DNA of 64,000 nt. It comes from Minisyncoccota bacterium (GTDB lineage: Bacteria; Patescibacteriota; Minisyncoccia; UBA6257; GWB1-50-10). This document shows, one piece after another, positions 35,985 to 45,821 of the stretch; the stretch's first letter is position 1, and each line of letters opens with the position of its first letter. The translations under genes were made by a program, and so were the position numbers. The notes under the pieces were generated by a model that worked only from the letters and a program-made list of their open reading frames with translations, was not told the DNA's origin and ran no database searches. Location of the stretch: assembly GCA_041917695.1 (NCBI GenBank), contig JAYRXE010000037.1, positions 66,155 to 130,154 of the forward strand. Direction: 5' to 3'.

Positions 35985-36398
35985 ATGAATGAGCTTAAAG
36001 AAATTGGAAACTCAAAAATGTGTCCAGGCGTGGTGCTTGTGCGCGAAGGGAGGGTTCTTATCGGGTTGCGCCATTACACCCCCGACAAATGGAAAACAGT
36101 TTCAGTTTGGACGGTTCCTGGTGGCCGTTGCGATGACGGGGAAACGCTTGAACAAGCGCTTCGACGGGAGGTTGCTGAAGAGGTAGGGATTACAGACTTT
36201 GAGATAACAGAATTGTTAGGAAAAGCACCAGGAGCCAAAGAAGGTGATACATTGTATCTTTTCAAAGGCGCGACAAACCAAGAAGCGCAACTTTTGGAGC
36301 CTGAAAAGTTTTCCGAATGGAAGTGGGTGAGTAAGGAAGATGTGCCGGAAAATTTCATAAGCTTTCATTCCCGCGAATTGATAAAAAAATCTTTATAA
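35985..36398 (+). CDS. NUDIX hydrolase
   Basis: GGRCDDGETLEQALRREVAEEVGI Nudix box. The ATG begins 2 nt after the tRNA-Trp 3' end. Lower GC than flanks. Confidence 0.75.
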   Translation: MNELKEIGNSKMCPGVVLVREGRVLIGLRHYTPDKWKTVSVWTVPGGRCDDGETLEQALRREVAEEVGITDFEITELLGKAPGAKEGDTLYLFKGATNQEAQLLEPEKFSEWKWVSKEDVPENFISFHSRELIKKSL

Positions 36399-36402
36399 CC
36401 TT

Positions 36403-36918
36403 ATGAAAACAATTCTCTATATGGGCGTTACCCCTAATGGGTTGATCGCAAAGCCCGACGGTAATTCCGAATGGACGTCCTGGGAGGATTTGCAGGGATT
36501 TCATGACGGAAGCAAGGCGGCAGGGAATTGCGTCATGGGAAGCGCGACGTTTAGGGAGGTGGTTAAGTACAATCTTTTCCCGTATCCGGATGCGCTCAAT
36601 GTCGTCGTGACGAAAGAGAATGTCGAAAACGCGTGGGGAGACAAGGCGCTTTTTACGAATGCCGCGCCGCGCGAAATCCTTGCGCTCTTGGAGAAGCGGG
36701 GATTCGAGACCGCTTTTCTTATCGGCGGAGGTTTCTTAAACAGCGCGTTTGCGAAAGAAGGCCTTATCGATGAAATATATTTTGACGTGGAACCGCTTCT
36801 TTTCGGGAGGGGAATCCCGGTATTCCGCGAAGAAGATTTTGAGTTCGAACTGGAGCTCGTGGACTTCAAGAAATTGAACGCGGATACCGTCCAACTCCAC
36901 TATCGCGTGAAGAAATAG
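36403..36918 (+). CDS. dihydrofolate-reductase-like (RibD C-terminal domain) protein
   Basis: MKTILYMGVTPNGLIAKPDG...EWTS and LIGGG... resemble DHFR/RibD_C. Confidence 0.55.
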   Translation: MKTILYMGVTPNGLIAKPDGNSEWTSWEDLQGFHDGSKAAGNCVMGSATFREVVKYNLFPYPDALNVVVTKENVENAWGDKALFTNAAPREILALLEKRGFETAFLIGGGFLNSAFAKEGLIDEIYFDVEPLLFGRGIPVFREEDFEFELELVDFKKLNADTVQLHYRVKK

Positions 36919-36947
36919 CCTCTTTTGGTAAGATAGAGGGATATTTC

Positions 36948-38075
36948 ATGGCAAAAAAAGACCCGCTTAAGGAGCACCGCCGGCTGAACGGAAAACTTGA
37001 AGTGACGTCCCGCGCGAAGTTGCGCGACAAAACAGACCTTTCCGTGTGGTACACGCCCGGCGTGGGCGAAGTCGCCGCCTATTTAGGAAGCCATCCCGAA
37101 AAAGCGCGCGAGTATACGATAAAGAAAAATTCGGTGGCCGTCGTTTCCGACGGCTCCGCCGTTTTGGGGCTCGGCAATATCGGGCCCTACGCCGCCCTGC
37201 CGGTGATGGAAGGGAAGTGCGCGATCTTCAAGGCATTTGCGGGGATAGACGCGTATCCCATCGTGTTGAATACGCAGGATGTCGAAGAGATCGTGGCGAC
37301 CGTGCAAAATATCGCTCCTGCCTTCGGCGGCATTAACCTCGAAGATATTTCAGCTCCGCATTGTTTCGAGGTCGAACGGCGTTTGAAGGAAGTTTTGAAT
37401 ATTCCCGTTTTCCATGACGACCAGCACGGCACCGCAATCGTCGTCCTCGCCGGACTCTTGAATGCGTTTAAGGTGGTTCGAAAGCGCATTTCCCAGGCGA
37501 AGATCGTCGTCCTGGGCGCCGGCGCCGCCGGAACGGCGATTTCTAAACTGCTGGCCGACTTCGGCGTTCAGAAGATACGGACCGTCGATTCGAAAGGGGT
37601 GGTTGCCGAGGAACGGGGGGATTTAAACGACGCAAAGCGCGAACTGGCGCGCATCACCAAGTCGCAAAAATTCAAATCATTCGACGAGACTATCCGCGGG
37701 GCGGACGCGCTTATTTGCGTTGCGCAGGCTGGAATTGTGAATGATTCCCACATTCGAAACATGGCGAAGAATCCGATTGTCTTCGCGCTTTCAAACCCGG
37801 TTCCCGAAATCGATCCGACTGCGGCCAAAGCCGCCGGCGCCGCCGTCGTTGCCACCGGACGGTCGGATTATCCGAATCAAATAAATAATGCGCTTGTTTT
37901 CCCCGGTATTTTCCGCGGGGCGCTCGACCGGGGAGTGAACCAAATCACCGATACGATGAAACTCCGCGCCGCCCGGAAGCTCGCCTCACTTGTCCGGCGT
38001 CCGACGCGCGAAAAGATCATTCCGTCCCTCTTTGAGAAGGGGGTCGCCCGCGCGATTGCTTCGTCGGTAAAGTAA
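36948..38075 (+). CDS. NAD(P)-dependent malic enzyme (short form)
   Basis: LSVWYTPGVGEV, GSAVLGLGNIGPYAALPVMEGK and GINLEDI blocks of malic enzymes. Confidence 0.8.
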   Translation: MAKKDPLKEHRRLNGKLEVTSRAKLRDKTDLSVWYTPGVGEVAAYLGSHPEKAREYTIKKNSVAVVSDGSAVLGLGNIGPYAALPVMEGKCAIFKAFAGIDAYPIVLNTQDVEEIVATVQNIAPAFGGINLEDISAPHCFEVERRLKEVLNIPVFHDDQHGTAIVVLAGLLNAFKVVRKRISQAKIVVLGAGAAGTAISKLLADFGVQKIRTVDSKGVVAEERGDLNDAKRELARITKSQKFKSFDETIRGADALICVAQAGIVNDSHIRNMAKNPIVFALSNPVPEIDPTAAKAAGAAVVATGRSDYPNQINNALVFPGIFRGALDRGVNQITDTMKLRAARKLASLVRRPTREKIIPSLFEKGVARAIASSVK

Positions 38076-38102
38076 CGGAAGCTTTTTTGATACTATTAAA
38101 GC

Positions 38103-39110
38103 GTGCAACGGAAACGCATCTATGTATTGATGGGAGGCCCCTCGCCGGAATTTGAAGCCTCCATGAAAAGCGGGAAAAACGTCCTGCGCGCGCTTGACGC
38201 GGAGCAGTACGACGCCCGGCCGTTATTTATTGACCGGGAAGGGAAATGGGAAATCCCCCCAGAAGAGGTCCGGAAGGATGCGGATTGCGCTTTCGTCGCG
38301 CTCCACGGAGCGTACGGCGAGGACGGCACCGTGCAGGCTATTCTTGAGGAGCACGGCATTCCGTACGTGGGCTCCGGCATTACGACAAGCGCATTGGCAA
38401 TGAATCAGTTCCTTACGTTGCAGGTGCTCGCCGACCACGGCGTTATGATTCCGCTCACCCTTCACGTTTCCCGCGGCGAATGGAAAGCCAAACCGGACTT
38501 TGTCGCGAAGACCGCTCGGGAGCGTATCGGCTATCCCGCGTTTGTGAAGCCGAACCAAAGCGGTTCGTCGATCGGCGTCGCACTCGTGAATAATCGGGAA
38601 GAATTGAGCGAGGCGTTGGCGCATATTTTTTCCTTTGCTTCCGAAGCCGTGATACAGGAACGCATTGCGGGAAGGGAATTCAGCTGCGGAGTGCTCGACC
38701 ATGGCTGGCCCGAAAGCGCATTCCCGCTTCTGCCGACCGAAATCATCCCCCACAAAGGACGCTTTTTCGATTACGCTTCCAAATACGGGCCGAACGGGGC
38801 CCTCCATATCACTCCGCCGGAGCGCCTTCCCGAAGCGCGAATAAAGAAAATGCAGGAAATCGCGTTGCACGCGCATCGGCGTTTGCATGCGTGCGGTTTT
38901 TCACGGACCGACATGATGATGGACGCCCGGGGGAATTTCTATGTGCTTGAAGTGAACACCATTCCCGGACTTACCGAGGAAAGCCTTTTGCCCCATGCCG
39001 CGGAAGCCAGCGGGCTCCCGCTTTCGAAGCTTCTCGACATGCTCGTGCTCGCGGGACTTCGCCGGGCGGAAATGAAGGGTCGACGGAATTTCCGTTTGCT
39101 TTCCGCATAG
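38103..39110 (+). CDS. ddl: D-alanine--D-alanine ligase
   Basis: RIYVLMGG..., FVALHGAYGEDGTVQ, and ATP-grasp blocks (SRTDMMMDARGNFYVLEVNTIPG). GTG start. Confidence 0.85.
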   Translation: MQRKRIYVLMGGPSPEFEASMKSGKNVLRALDAEQYDARPLFIDREGKWEIPPEEVRKDADCAFVALHGAYGEDGTVQAILEEHGIPYVGSGITTSALAMNQFLTLQVLADHGVMIPLTLHVSRGEWKAKPDFVAKTARERIGYPAFVKPNQSGSSIGVALVNNREELSEALAHIFSFASEAVIQERIAGREFSCGVLDHGWPESAFPLLPTEIIPHKGRFFDYASKYGPNGALHITPPERLPEARIKKMQEIALHAHRRLHACGFSRTDMMMDARGNFYVLEVNTIPGLTEESLLPHAAEASGLPLSKLLDMLVLAGLRRAEMKGRRNFRLLSA

Positions 39111-39139
39111 GTTTCCGATATACTCCGCTTACAGAAATT

Positions 39140-40384
39140 ATGCGTCGGGAAAGAACATCTCTCTTGCTCGCTATTGTCTTCATTGCCTTTTTCATAAGCG
39201 CGTGGTTCGTTTACGATCCGCTTTGGACCCGAGCGACGAACTTTCGGACGTGGAATTTGGGCCTTGATCTTGCCGGCGGGAGCTACCTTACCTACGAAAT
39301 CGACCTTTCTTCGGTTTCCGGGGCGGAACGGGATTCGGTTGTCAAAGGATTGCGCGACGTTGTTGAGCGCCGCGTGAACCTTTTCGGGGTTTCGGAGCCC
39401 AAAGTGTACGAGGAGCACGCCGGCGATTCGACGCGGCTCGTCGTCGAACTTGCGGGCATCCGCGACGTGAACCAGGCGATTGCGAACATCGGCGCGACTC
39501 CTTTTCTCGATTTTCGCGAAGTCATTGTCGAAGGAACCTCCACGACCCGCTTCATCCCGACCGCGCTGAACGGCCGGTATGTGAAAGGCGCCCAGCTCGC
39601 GTTTGATTCGACGACGGGGAAGCCCCAGGTATCAATCCAGTTCAACGATGAAGGCGGAAAACTTTTTGAAGAAATAACCGCGCGAAACGTCGGCCGTCCG
39701 CTCGCCATTTTCCTTGATAATGAACTGGTCGAAATGCCGACGGTGCAGGAGACCATCACGGGAGGCAATGCCCAGATTTCAGGAAACTACACGTATGACG
39801 AGGCGCGGACCATGGTTGAGCGTTTTAACGCCGGCGCCCTTCCCGCCCCCATCAAGCTCGTGAACCAGCAGACGATTGATGCCGATTTCGGCAAGGATGC
39901 GCTCAATAAGGCAATATTCGCCGGACTTATCGGGACCTTGGCGGTCATGCTTTTCATGCTTCTCTTCTACCGTTCCCTGGGTATTTTTGCCGCAGTGGCG
40001 CTCCTTATTTACATTCCGCTCACGCTTGCCGTATTTAAAATCGTTCCGGTTACGATGACCTTGGCAGGCATCGCCGGATTTATCCTTTCGATCGGCATGG
40101 CGGTCGACGCGAACATCCTCGTTTTCGAGCGCATGAAGGAAGAGCTTCGCAGGGGATTGAGCCGTACGAAAGCGGTGGAAGAAGGTTTCCGCCGGGCGTG
40201 GACCTCGATTCGCGATTCCAACATATCAACCATCATCACCTCGTTGGTACTCTACTCGTTCACCTCGAGCTTCGTCCGCGGATTCGCCCTTACGCTTTTG
40301 ATCGGCGTCTTGGTCAGCATGTTTTCGGCGATCACGGTCACTCGCACCCTGCTTCGGACATTCGTAAAGGACAAAACCGCATAA
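39140..40384 (+). CDS. secD: protein translocase subunit SecD
   Basis: LGLDLAGGSYLTYEI and six C-terminal TM helices. Confidence 0.85.
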   Translation: MRRERTSLLLAIVFIAFFISAWFVYDPLWTRATNFRTWNLGLDLAGGSYLTYEIDLSSVSGAERDSVVKGLRDVVERRVNLFGVSEPKVYEEHAGDSTRLVVELAGIRDVNQAIANIGATPFLDFREVIVEGTSTTRFIPTALNGRYVKGAQLAFDSTTGKPQVSIQFNDEGGKLFEEITARNVGRPLAIFLDNELVEMPTVQETITGGNAQISGNYTYDEARTMVERFNAGALPAPIKLVNQQTIDADFGKDALNKAIFAGLIGTLAVMLFMLLFYRSLGIFAAVALLIYIPLTLAVFKIVPVTMTLAGIAGFILSIGMAVDANILVFERMKEELRRGLSRTKAVEEGFRRAWTSIRDSNISTIITSLVLYSFTSSFVRGFALTLLIGVLVSMFSAITVTRTLLRTFVKDKTA

Positions 40385-40388
40385 ATTT

Positions 40389-41276
40389 ATGGATATCATT
40401 CAAAAACGATTCATTTTTCTCATCTCGTCCGGCGTTTTGACGCTTCTTGCGGTTGCCGCGCTCGTTGTTTTCGGATTGAAGGCCGGCATTGATTTGAAAG
40501 GGGGCACGCAATGGCAGTTTTCAATCGGCCGGGAAGCGACCGAAGCGGATGTCGCCCATGTGATGACCCAGGTGAAGAACGAAGAGGTCATCGTGAAACG
40601 CGCCGATGACGGCAGTTACATCGCCCGGCTGCGGAGCATTTCGCCGGAAGAAAAGCAGGAATACACCGGAGCGCTCACCGTCGCGTACGGAGCGGTCGTC
40701 GACAAGAACTTCTCGAATATCGGCCCGTCAATCGGCGCGGAGCTCCGCCAAAAATCCATCACGGCGATTATTCTCGTGCTCTTCGGCATTTCGCTCTATA
40801 TCGCGTTCGCGTTCCGCAAAGTTTCGAAGCCGGTCAGTTCATGGAAATACGGGATGGTGACCCTGGTGACGCTTTTCCACGATGTCATCATGCCGGCGGG
40901 CCTCTTGGCGGTTCTCGGCCGTTTCAAAGGCATCGAGATCGACACTAATTTCATCGTAGCGCTCCTCGTCGTGATGGGCTTTTCCGTCCATGACACCATC
41001 GTCGTCTTCGACCGTATTCGGGAAAATCTCACCCTGGCCCGCGGTAAGGCTGTTTCCTTGGGGGATATCATCAATAAGAGCATCCGGGAGACGTTTGCCC
41101 GCTCGATAAATACCTCCCTTACCCTCATGATCGTTTTGGTGGCTCTGCTCGTCTTCGGCCCTCCCAGTCTCTTCTACTTCATCCTTACCATCCTCGTTGG
41201 CACCCTTTTTGGCACCTATTCCTCCATTTTCGTGGCAAGCCCGCTTCTCTACGGCTTCCACCGAGACGGGAAATAG
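40389..41276 (+). CDS. secF: protein translocase subunit SecF
   Basis: GIDLKGGTQWQF and the SecF TM core (GFSVHDTIVVFDRIREN). Confidence 0.85.
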   Translation: MDIIQKRFIFLISSGVLTLLAVAALVVFGLKAGIDLKGGTQWQFSIGREATEADVAHVMTQVKNEEVIVKRADDGSYIARLRSISPEEKQEYTGALTVAYGAVVDKNFSNIGPSIGAELRQKSITAIILVLFGISLYIAFAFRKVSKPVSSWKYGMVTLVTLFHDVIMPAGLLAVLGRFKGIEIDTNFIVALLVVMGFSVHDTIVVFDRIRENLTLARGKAVSLGDIINKSIRETFARSINTSLTLMIVLVALLVFGPPSLFYFILTILVGTLFGTYSSIFVASPLLYGFHRDGK

Positions 41277-41389
41277 GGGGTTTTTATCCACAGGAGGGCG
41301 TTCTGGAGGAAGGGTTGACTTAAGGTTAGAATTATGCTAGTCTGAATTCACGGCAATAATCCTCGATTCAGGCAATTGCTCTAAAAGAC

Positions 41390-42406
41390 ATGACCAAGAA
41401 TCTCGACGAATTTATCGCAAAACTGCTTAAAGACTTCAGTCCGAAGCAACAGAAGGTGCTTGCGGGCCGTTTTGGTTTGAAAAACGGCAAGCGGCTGACG
41501 CTTCAGGAAATCGGCGAGGACCTCGGGGTAACCCGCGAGCGCGTGCGCCAAATCGAAGAGCAGTCTTTGAAGAAAATCCGCGAGACCGTCGAAACGGAGG
41601 CGAAGGAGCTCCTCGATACCGCAAAGAAGTTTTTGTCGGAGCAGGGAGGCGTCCGAAAGGACGATGTCTTCATGGAAGAGGTGGCTTCGGCGAGCGGTGT
41701 CGCCGCCAAAGCCCAAAAGGAAGCGAAGCTCCGCTTTGTCTTTGCCGCGGCGCGCTTTCCGCATTTCCACAAGGAGGATGATTCATTCAATGCTTTTTGG
41801 TACCTCGATAAGGGGGCTGAAAAGAAGTTTTTGGATTTCGTGAAATCAGCCACTAAATATTTTGATTCGGTTGACCGCAACGAGGCGTTGCGCGAGAAGA
41901 AACACCTTGAAGATTACTCGGATCCCGTTTCCTGGCATTACCTTTCCATCCCGAAACATTTCGGCGTGAACGTATTCGGCGATTTCGGCCCCAAGCATTG
42001 GGCGGAGATCGAGCCGAAGACCATCCGCGACAAGGCGTATTTGGCATTGAAGAAGAGCGAGAAACCGCTTCACTTTGAAGATATCGCCAAAGCGATCCAT
42101 TCCTTGAAGATCGACAAGAAGCCGGCCCACGTGCAGACGGTGCATAACGAACTCATCAAGGACGAGCGGTTTGTGCTCGTCGGCCGGGGCGTTTACGCCC
42201 TCCGCGAGGAAGGGTACGAGCCGGGGACGGTTCGGGAAGTAATCGCGAAACTTTTGAAAGCGAAAGGGCCGATGCATGCTTCGGATGTCATCCGGTTTGT
42301 GAACGAGCGCCGGTTCCTCAAGGAAAATACCATTCTTTTGAACCTCCAAAACCGGAAATATTTCAAACGCTTGGACGACGGACGCTACCACTCGAAAGAA
42401 GCGTAG
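41390..42406 (+). CDS. protein with N-terminal sigma-70 region-4-type HTH, rest unknown
   Basis: LTLQEIGEDLGVTRERVRQIEEQSLKKIR is a textbook sigma region 4.2 HTH. About 270 aa of unrecognised sequence follow. Confidence 0.45.
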   Translation: MTKNLDEFIAKLLKDFSPKQQKVLAGRFGLKNGKRLTLQEIGEDLGVTRERVRQIEEQSLKKIRETVETEAKELLDTAKKFLSEQGGVRKDDVFMEEVASASGVAAKAQKEAKLRFVFAAARFPHFHKEDDSFNAFWYLDKGAEKKFLDFVKSATKYFDSVDRNEALREKKHLEDYSDPVSWHYLSIPKHFGVNVFGDFGPKHWAEIEPKTIRDKAYLALKKSEKPLHFEDIAKAIHSLKIDKKPAHVQTVHNELIKDERFVLVGRGVYALREEGYEPGTVREVIAKLLKAKGPMHASDVIRFVNERRFLKENTILLNLQNRKYFKRLDDGRYHSKEA

Positions 42407-42472
42407 CCGTGAAAAAAGAAGAAGCCGCCGGAAAGGGCGGCTTCTTCGTTCTTGTGTTATCATAGTTTTGAA

Positions 42473-43873
42473 ATGGGGAAATTCCTCACTGAAGTCGTCG
42501 GCCTTATCCCGGAGCTTTTCAAGAAAGAAGAGGCCTGGCTTTTGGTGTTCATCCTCGCCCTTGGCGGGCTTTTTTCCTTCTCCTTTTTCCAGACATCGCT
42601 CGGCATATGGGATGTCCCGGCTATTCTGTGGCGTTTTATAGCGGCAACGTGGTGGTTTTGGATCTTCTTCCCGCTCTTGTCGCTTTTTGAATCGCTCGTA
42701 CTCTTTTGGCGGCAGGAGGAATACAAGGAGGAGCTTGAGTTCGTGATGTTTGAGGTTAAAATCCCGCGCGAAATCGAGCGGGGGCCGAAATCCATGGAGC
42801 AAATCCTCATGACGCTCGGCTCGCTCCGCAACGTGCCGACCATCGCCAAGGCGAAGTATTATGAAGGCGAGATCACCGCGCCTTTCAGCCTTGAGATAAC
42901 GAGTTTCGGCGGACAGGTGCATTTTTACGTGCGCCTTCTTAAAAAATACGGCGCCATCCTTGAATCGGCGTTCTTTTCCTACTATCCCGATGTGGAACTG
43001 AAAGAAGTGGAGGACTACGCGCTCCGGTTTCCGCAATCACCGGAAGAAATGTACCGGTCGGGTATGAAGGTTTTCGGCACGGAGCTTGTCCTCGCCCGCG
43101 ACCCGCTTTATCCCATCCGGACGTACCCGCATTTCGAGGTCGGGGGAGAGGGGAAGCAGTTCGACCCGTTGTCTTCGATGATCGAAGTGCTGGGAAAGTT
43201 AAAACCGCACGAAACCGCCGCCATTCAGATCGTCGCTTCGCCGGCCGATCCGAAATGGGGAGCCGACTGGCAGGATGATTTGGAAAAGCTCCGTGAGGAG
43301 CTCTCGGGAGGATCTTCAAGCGACGGCACGACAACGACCTTTTCGCCGAAGCCCCAAAAGTTCGAAGTGCTGAAGGCGGTCGAAGAAAACGTTACCAAAC
43401 CCGCCTTCGATACCATCATCCGCTACATGTACCTTGCCCCCGTCGGGAATTTTTCGGACAGTTTCGTGAGCCAGGGAATTATGACGTCGTTCAACCAGTA
43501 TGCCGCGATAAACTTGAACGCCTTCCGCCCCAATTTCCCGACGCAAACGCGCACCGCCATCTGGTTCCCGCCGTACGTTTTCCCCGACCGCCGAGTGGAG
43601 ATTCGCCGACAGCGGATGCTCGTAAATTTCCTGAAGCGGGAAGTCCCGCCGGAGGATTGGGTCGGACAGGCGGTGACGTCCCATCTCTATCATTGGAACT
43701 TCGCATCCCGTACGTTTCTTTTGAACGTCGAGGGCCTTGCCACCATTTACCATCTTCCGCCGCGTGTCGTCCTTACCGCGCCCCACATGCAACGCATGGA
43801 AAGCCGGAAGGCCGGGCCGTCTGCGGGACTCCAGATATTCGGGGACGAATCGGAGATTGAACAATTCTTTTAA
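42473..43873 (+). CDS. membrane protein (2-3 N-terminal TM helices plus about 370-aa soluble domain), unknown function
   Basis: ORF plus hydrophobic N-terminus. Immediately upstream of a small TM protein and two ATPases. Confidence 0.4.
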   Translation: MGKFLTEVVGLIPELFKKEEAWLLVFILALGGLFSFSFFQTSLGIWDVPAILWRFIAATWWFWIFFPLLSLFESLVLFWRQEEYKEELEFVMFEVKIPREIERGPKSMEQILMTLGSLRNVPTIAKAKYYEGEITAPFSLEITSFGGQVHFYVRLLKKYGAILESAFFSYYPDVELKEVEDYALRFPQSPEEMYRSGMKVFGTELVLARDPLYPIRTYPHFEVGGEGKQFDPLSSMIEVLGKLKPHETAAIQIVASPADPKWGADWQDDLEKLREELSGGSSSDGTTTTFSPKPQKFEVLKAVEENVTKPAFDTIIRYMYLAPVGNFSDSFVSQGIMTSFNQYAAINLNAFRPNFPTQTRTAIWFPPYVFPDRRVEIRRQRMLVNFLKREVPPEDWVGQAVTSHLYHWNFASRTFLLNVEGLATIYHLPPRVVLTAPHMQRMESRKAGPSAGLQIFGDESEIEQFF

Positions 43874-43879
43874 ACGGCT

Positions 43880-44428
43880 ATGTTCGACTTCATTACTTCA
43901 ACCGATTTTCTCGCCCTTCAGACGTGGGTCACTATTTTCCGCATCGCCAAAGCGCTTTTCATTCTTTTCGACATCGCCCTTGTTTTTGCGATCCTCTACG
44001 CCTTTAAGCGCGCGATGGCTTTTTATCCGCCGTTCGTCCCCTGGAAGCGCATTGCGTCATTGAAGGCGGGCGCGTCTCCAGAGGGCGCCGAACCCGTTTC
44101 GACGTTCCTTTCCGATGAGTGGGGAGCACTCCAAACCGACGCCGCCGCGGTGGCGCTCGACGAAGGATGGACTATGATCCTTATCCGCGCCGATAAACTG
44201 GCGGACGAGGCGCTGAAGCGCTTGGGGTATGAAGGCAATACCATGCTCGAGCGGATACAGTCGCTTGCGCGGACCAACCCGAACCTGAAGACGCTTGAAA
44301 AATTCTGGCGGGCGCACCGCTTGCGCAATAAGCTCGTTCACGAAACGGGATTCACAACCACTAAAAACGAGGCGCGAACGGCGCTCAAAGGGTACGGGGA
44401 ATTCTTCAAAGAACTCGGGGTTCTGTAA
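43880..44428 (+). CDS. small membrane protein (182 aa)
   Basis: N-terminal TM hairpin; 6-nt gaps to its neighbours. Confidence 0.4.
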   Translation: MFDFITSTDFLALQTWVTIFRIAKALFILFDIALVFAILYAFKRAMAFYPPFVPWKRIASLKAGASPEGAEPVSTFLSDEWGALQTDAAAVALDEGWTMILIRADKLADEALKRLGYEGNTMLERIQSLARTNPNLKTLEKFWRAHRLRNKLVHETGFTTTKNEARTALKGYGEFFKELGVL

Positions 44429-44433
44429 TCCAG

Positions 44434-45777
44434 ATGCCCGGCAAGGAAAAAGACAACCGCATACAGCTCATCAAATACGCTCCGCCTCCGGCGGATCTTC
44501 CGGTGTACGGGAAAAGCGACCCGCGGGAAACGTCATTTATCGGTCGCACCAATTATGTCGCGGCGCTGGAGACGAAGAATTTCATCTTCGGCGTGAAGCG
44601 CGTCGATCGCCGGCGGCATATCTACGCCATCGGGAAATCCGGCGTCGGCAAATCGAAACTGTTCGAGCTTTTGATGCGGCAGGATATCGCCTACGGGCAT
44701 GGGCTCTGTTTCATCGATCCCTACGGGGAAACCATCGATGACATCCTCCCCTTTATTCCGGAAAACCGCATTGAGGACGTCTGCCTTATCGACCCGACCG
44801 ATACGGCATCGCCCGTTTCCTTCAATCCCTTTGTGGGGGTAGAGGACGATGCGAAGCATCAGCTCGTGCAGGAACTTGCGGAGATTATGGAACAGCGCTT
44901 CGGAGCGAATTGGACGCCCCGTTTGGAACATGTGTTCCGTTTTGCCTGTAGCGCCCTCCTCGACTACCCCCGGGCTTCATTTATGGACCTTATACCGCTT
45001 CTTTCCGACGCGGGGCATCGGAAGGAAATAGCCTCACACGCCAAAGATCCGATAGTGCGCCGTTTTTGGCTTGAAGAGTTCGAAGGATGGGCGGAAAAAT
45101 TCGACGGGGAATCGATATTGCCCCTTATGAACAAATTCGGGCAGTTCTTTTCAAACCCGATGTTGCGCGGCATCCTCGGGCAGTTGGAAAATAAAATCGA
45201 TTTTGACGATCTTATCGCGGGAAAGCGCATCGTCCTTATCAATCTCGCGAAGGGGCGGATGGGAGAGGACAATGCGAATTTTCTCGGCGCACTTTTCCTC
45301 GCGAAACTCAAGGAAGCGGGCATGGCGCGGGTTTCCCAGAGTCGCGACGCGCGGCACGATTTTTACGTGTATCTCGACGAGTTCCAGGGGCTCGTTACCG
45401 ACACGTTTGAAAGCTTCCTTCCCGAAGCGCGGAAATACGGCTTGTGCCTCATGCTCGCGCACCAATACGTTTCCCAGCTTTCCCCGAAGGTGCATGCCGG
45501 CATTCTCGGCAGTGCGGGGACCATCGTGATCTTCCGCGTCGGCGGGGAGGACGCTTTGAAGCTGAAGCCTGAAATGGCGCCGGTCTTCGACGTGAAAGAT
45601 ATGATAAACCTCGGCACGGGACAGATGTATTTGAAGATGATGATTGACGGCGAGACGTACGATCCGTTTTCCGCCGAAACGCTCAAGGTGTTGCCGCCGA
45701 CGCATCCGTCGCACGCAGACCGCATTATCGCGTCTTCACGCGCAAAATACGCGCTCCACTCTGCCGCAAACGCGTAG
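44434..45777 (+). CDS. HerA/FtsK-superfamily (DUF87/VirB4-like) ATPase, copy 1
   Basis: FGVKRVDRRRHIYAIGKSGVGKS (Walker A), CFIDPYGE (DPHGE-like), Walker B YVYLDEFQ, MLAHQYVSQL. Confidence 0.6.
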   Translation: MPGKEKDNRIQLIKYAPPPADLPVYGKSDPRETSFIGRTNYVAALETKNFIFGVKRVDRRRHIYAIGKSGVGKSKLFELLMRQDIAYGHGLCFIDPYGETIDDILPFIPENRIEDVCLIDPTDTASPVSFNPFVGVEDDAKHQLVQELAEIMEQRFGANWTPRLEHVFRFACSALLDYPRASFMDLIPLLSDAGHRKEIASHAKDPIVRRFWLEEFEGWAEKFDGESILPLMNKFGQFFSNPMLRGILGQLENKIDFDDLIAGKRIVLINLAKGRMGEDNANFLGALFLAKLKEAGMARVSQSRDARHDFYVYLDEFQGLVTDTFESFLPEARKYGLCLMLAHQYVSQLSPKVHAGILGSAGTIVIFRVGGEDALKLKPEMAPVFDVKDMINLGTGQMYLKMMIDGETYDPFSAETLKVLPPTHPSHADRIIASSRAKYALHSAANA

Positions 45778-45821
45778 GTTTTTGCGGTGTTTCCCAAAGC
45801 AACTATAATAAAGACCATCCT

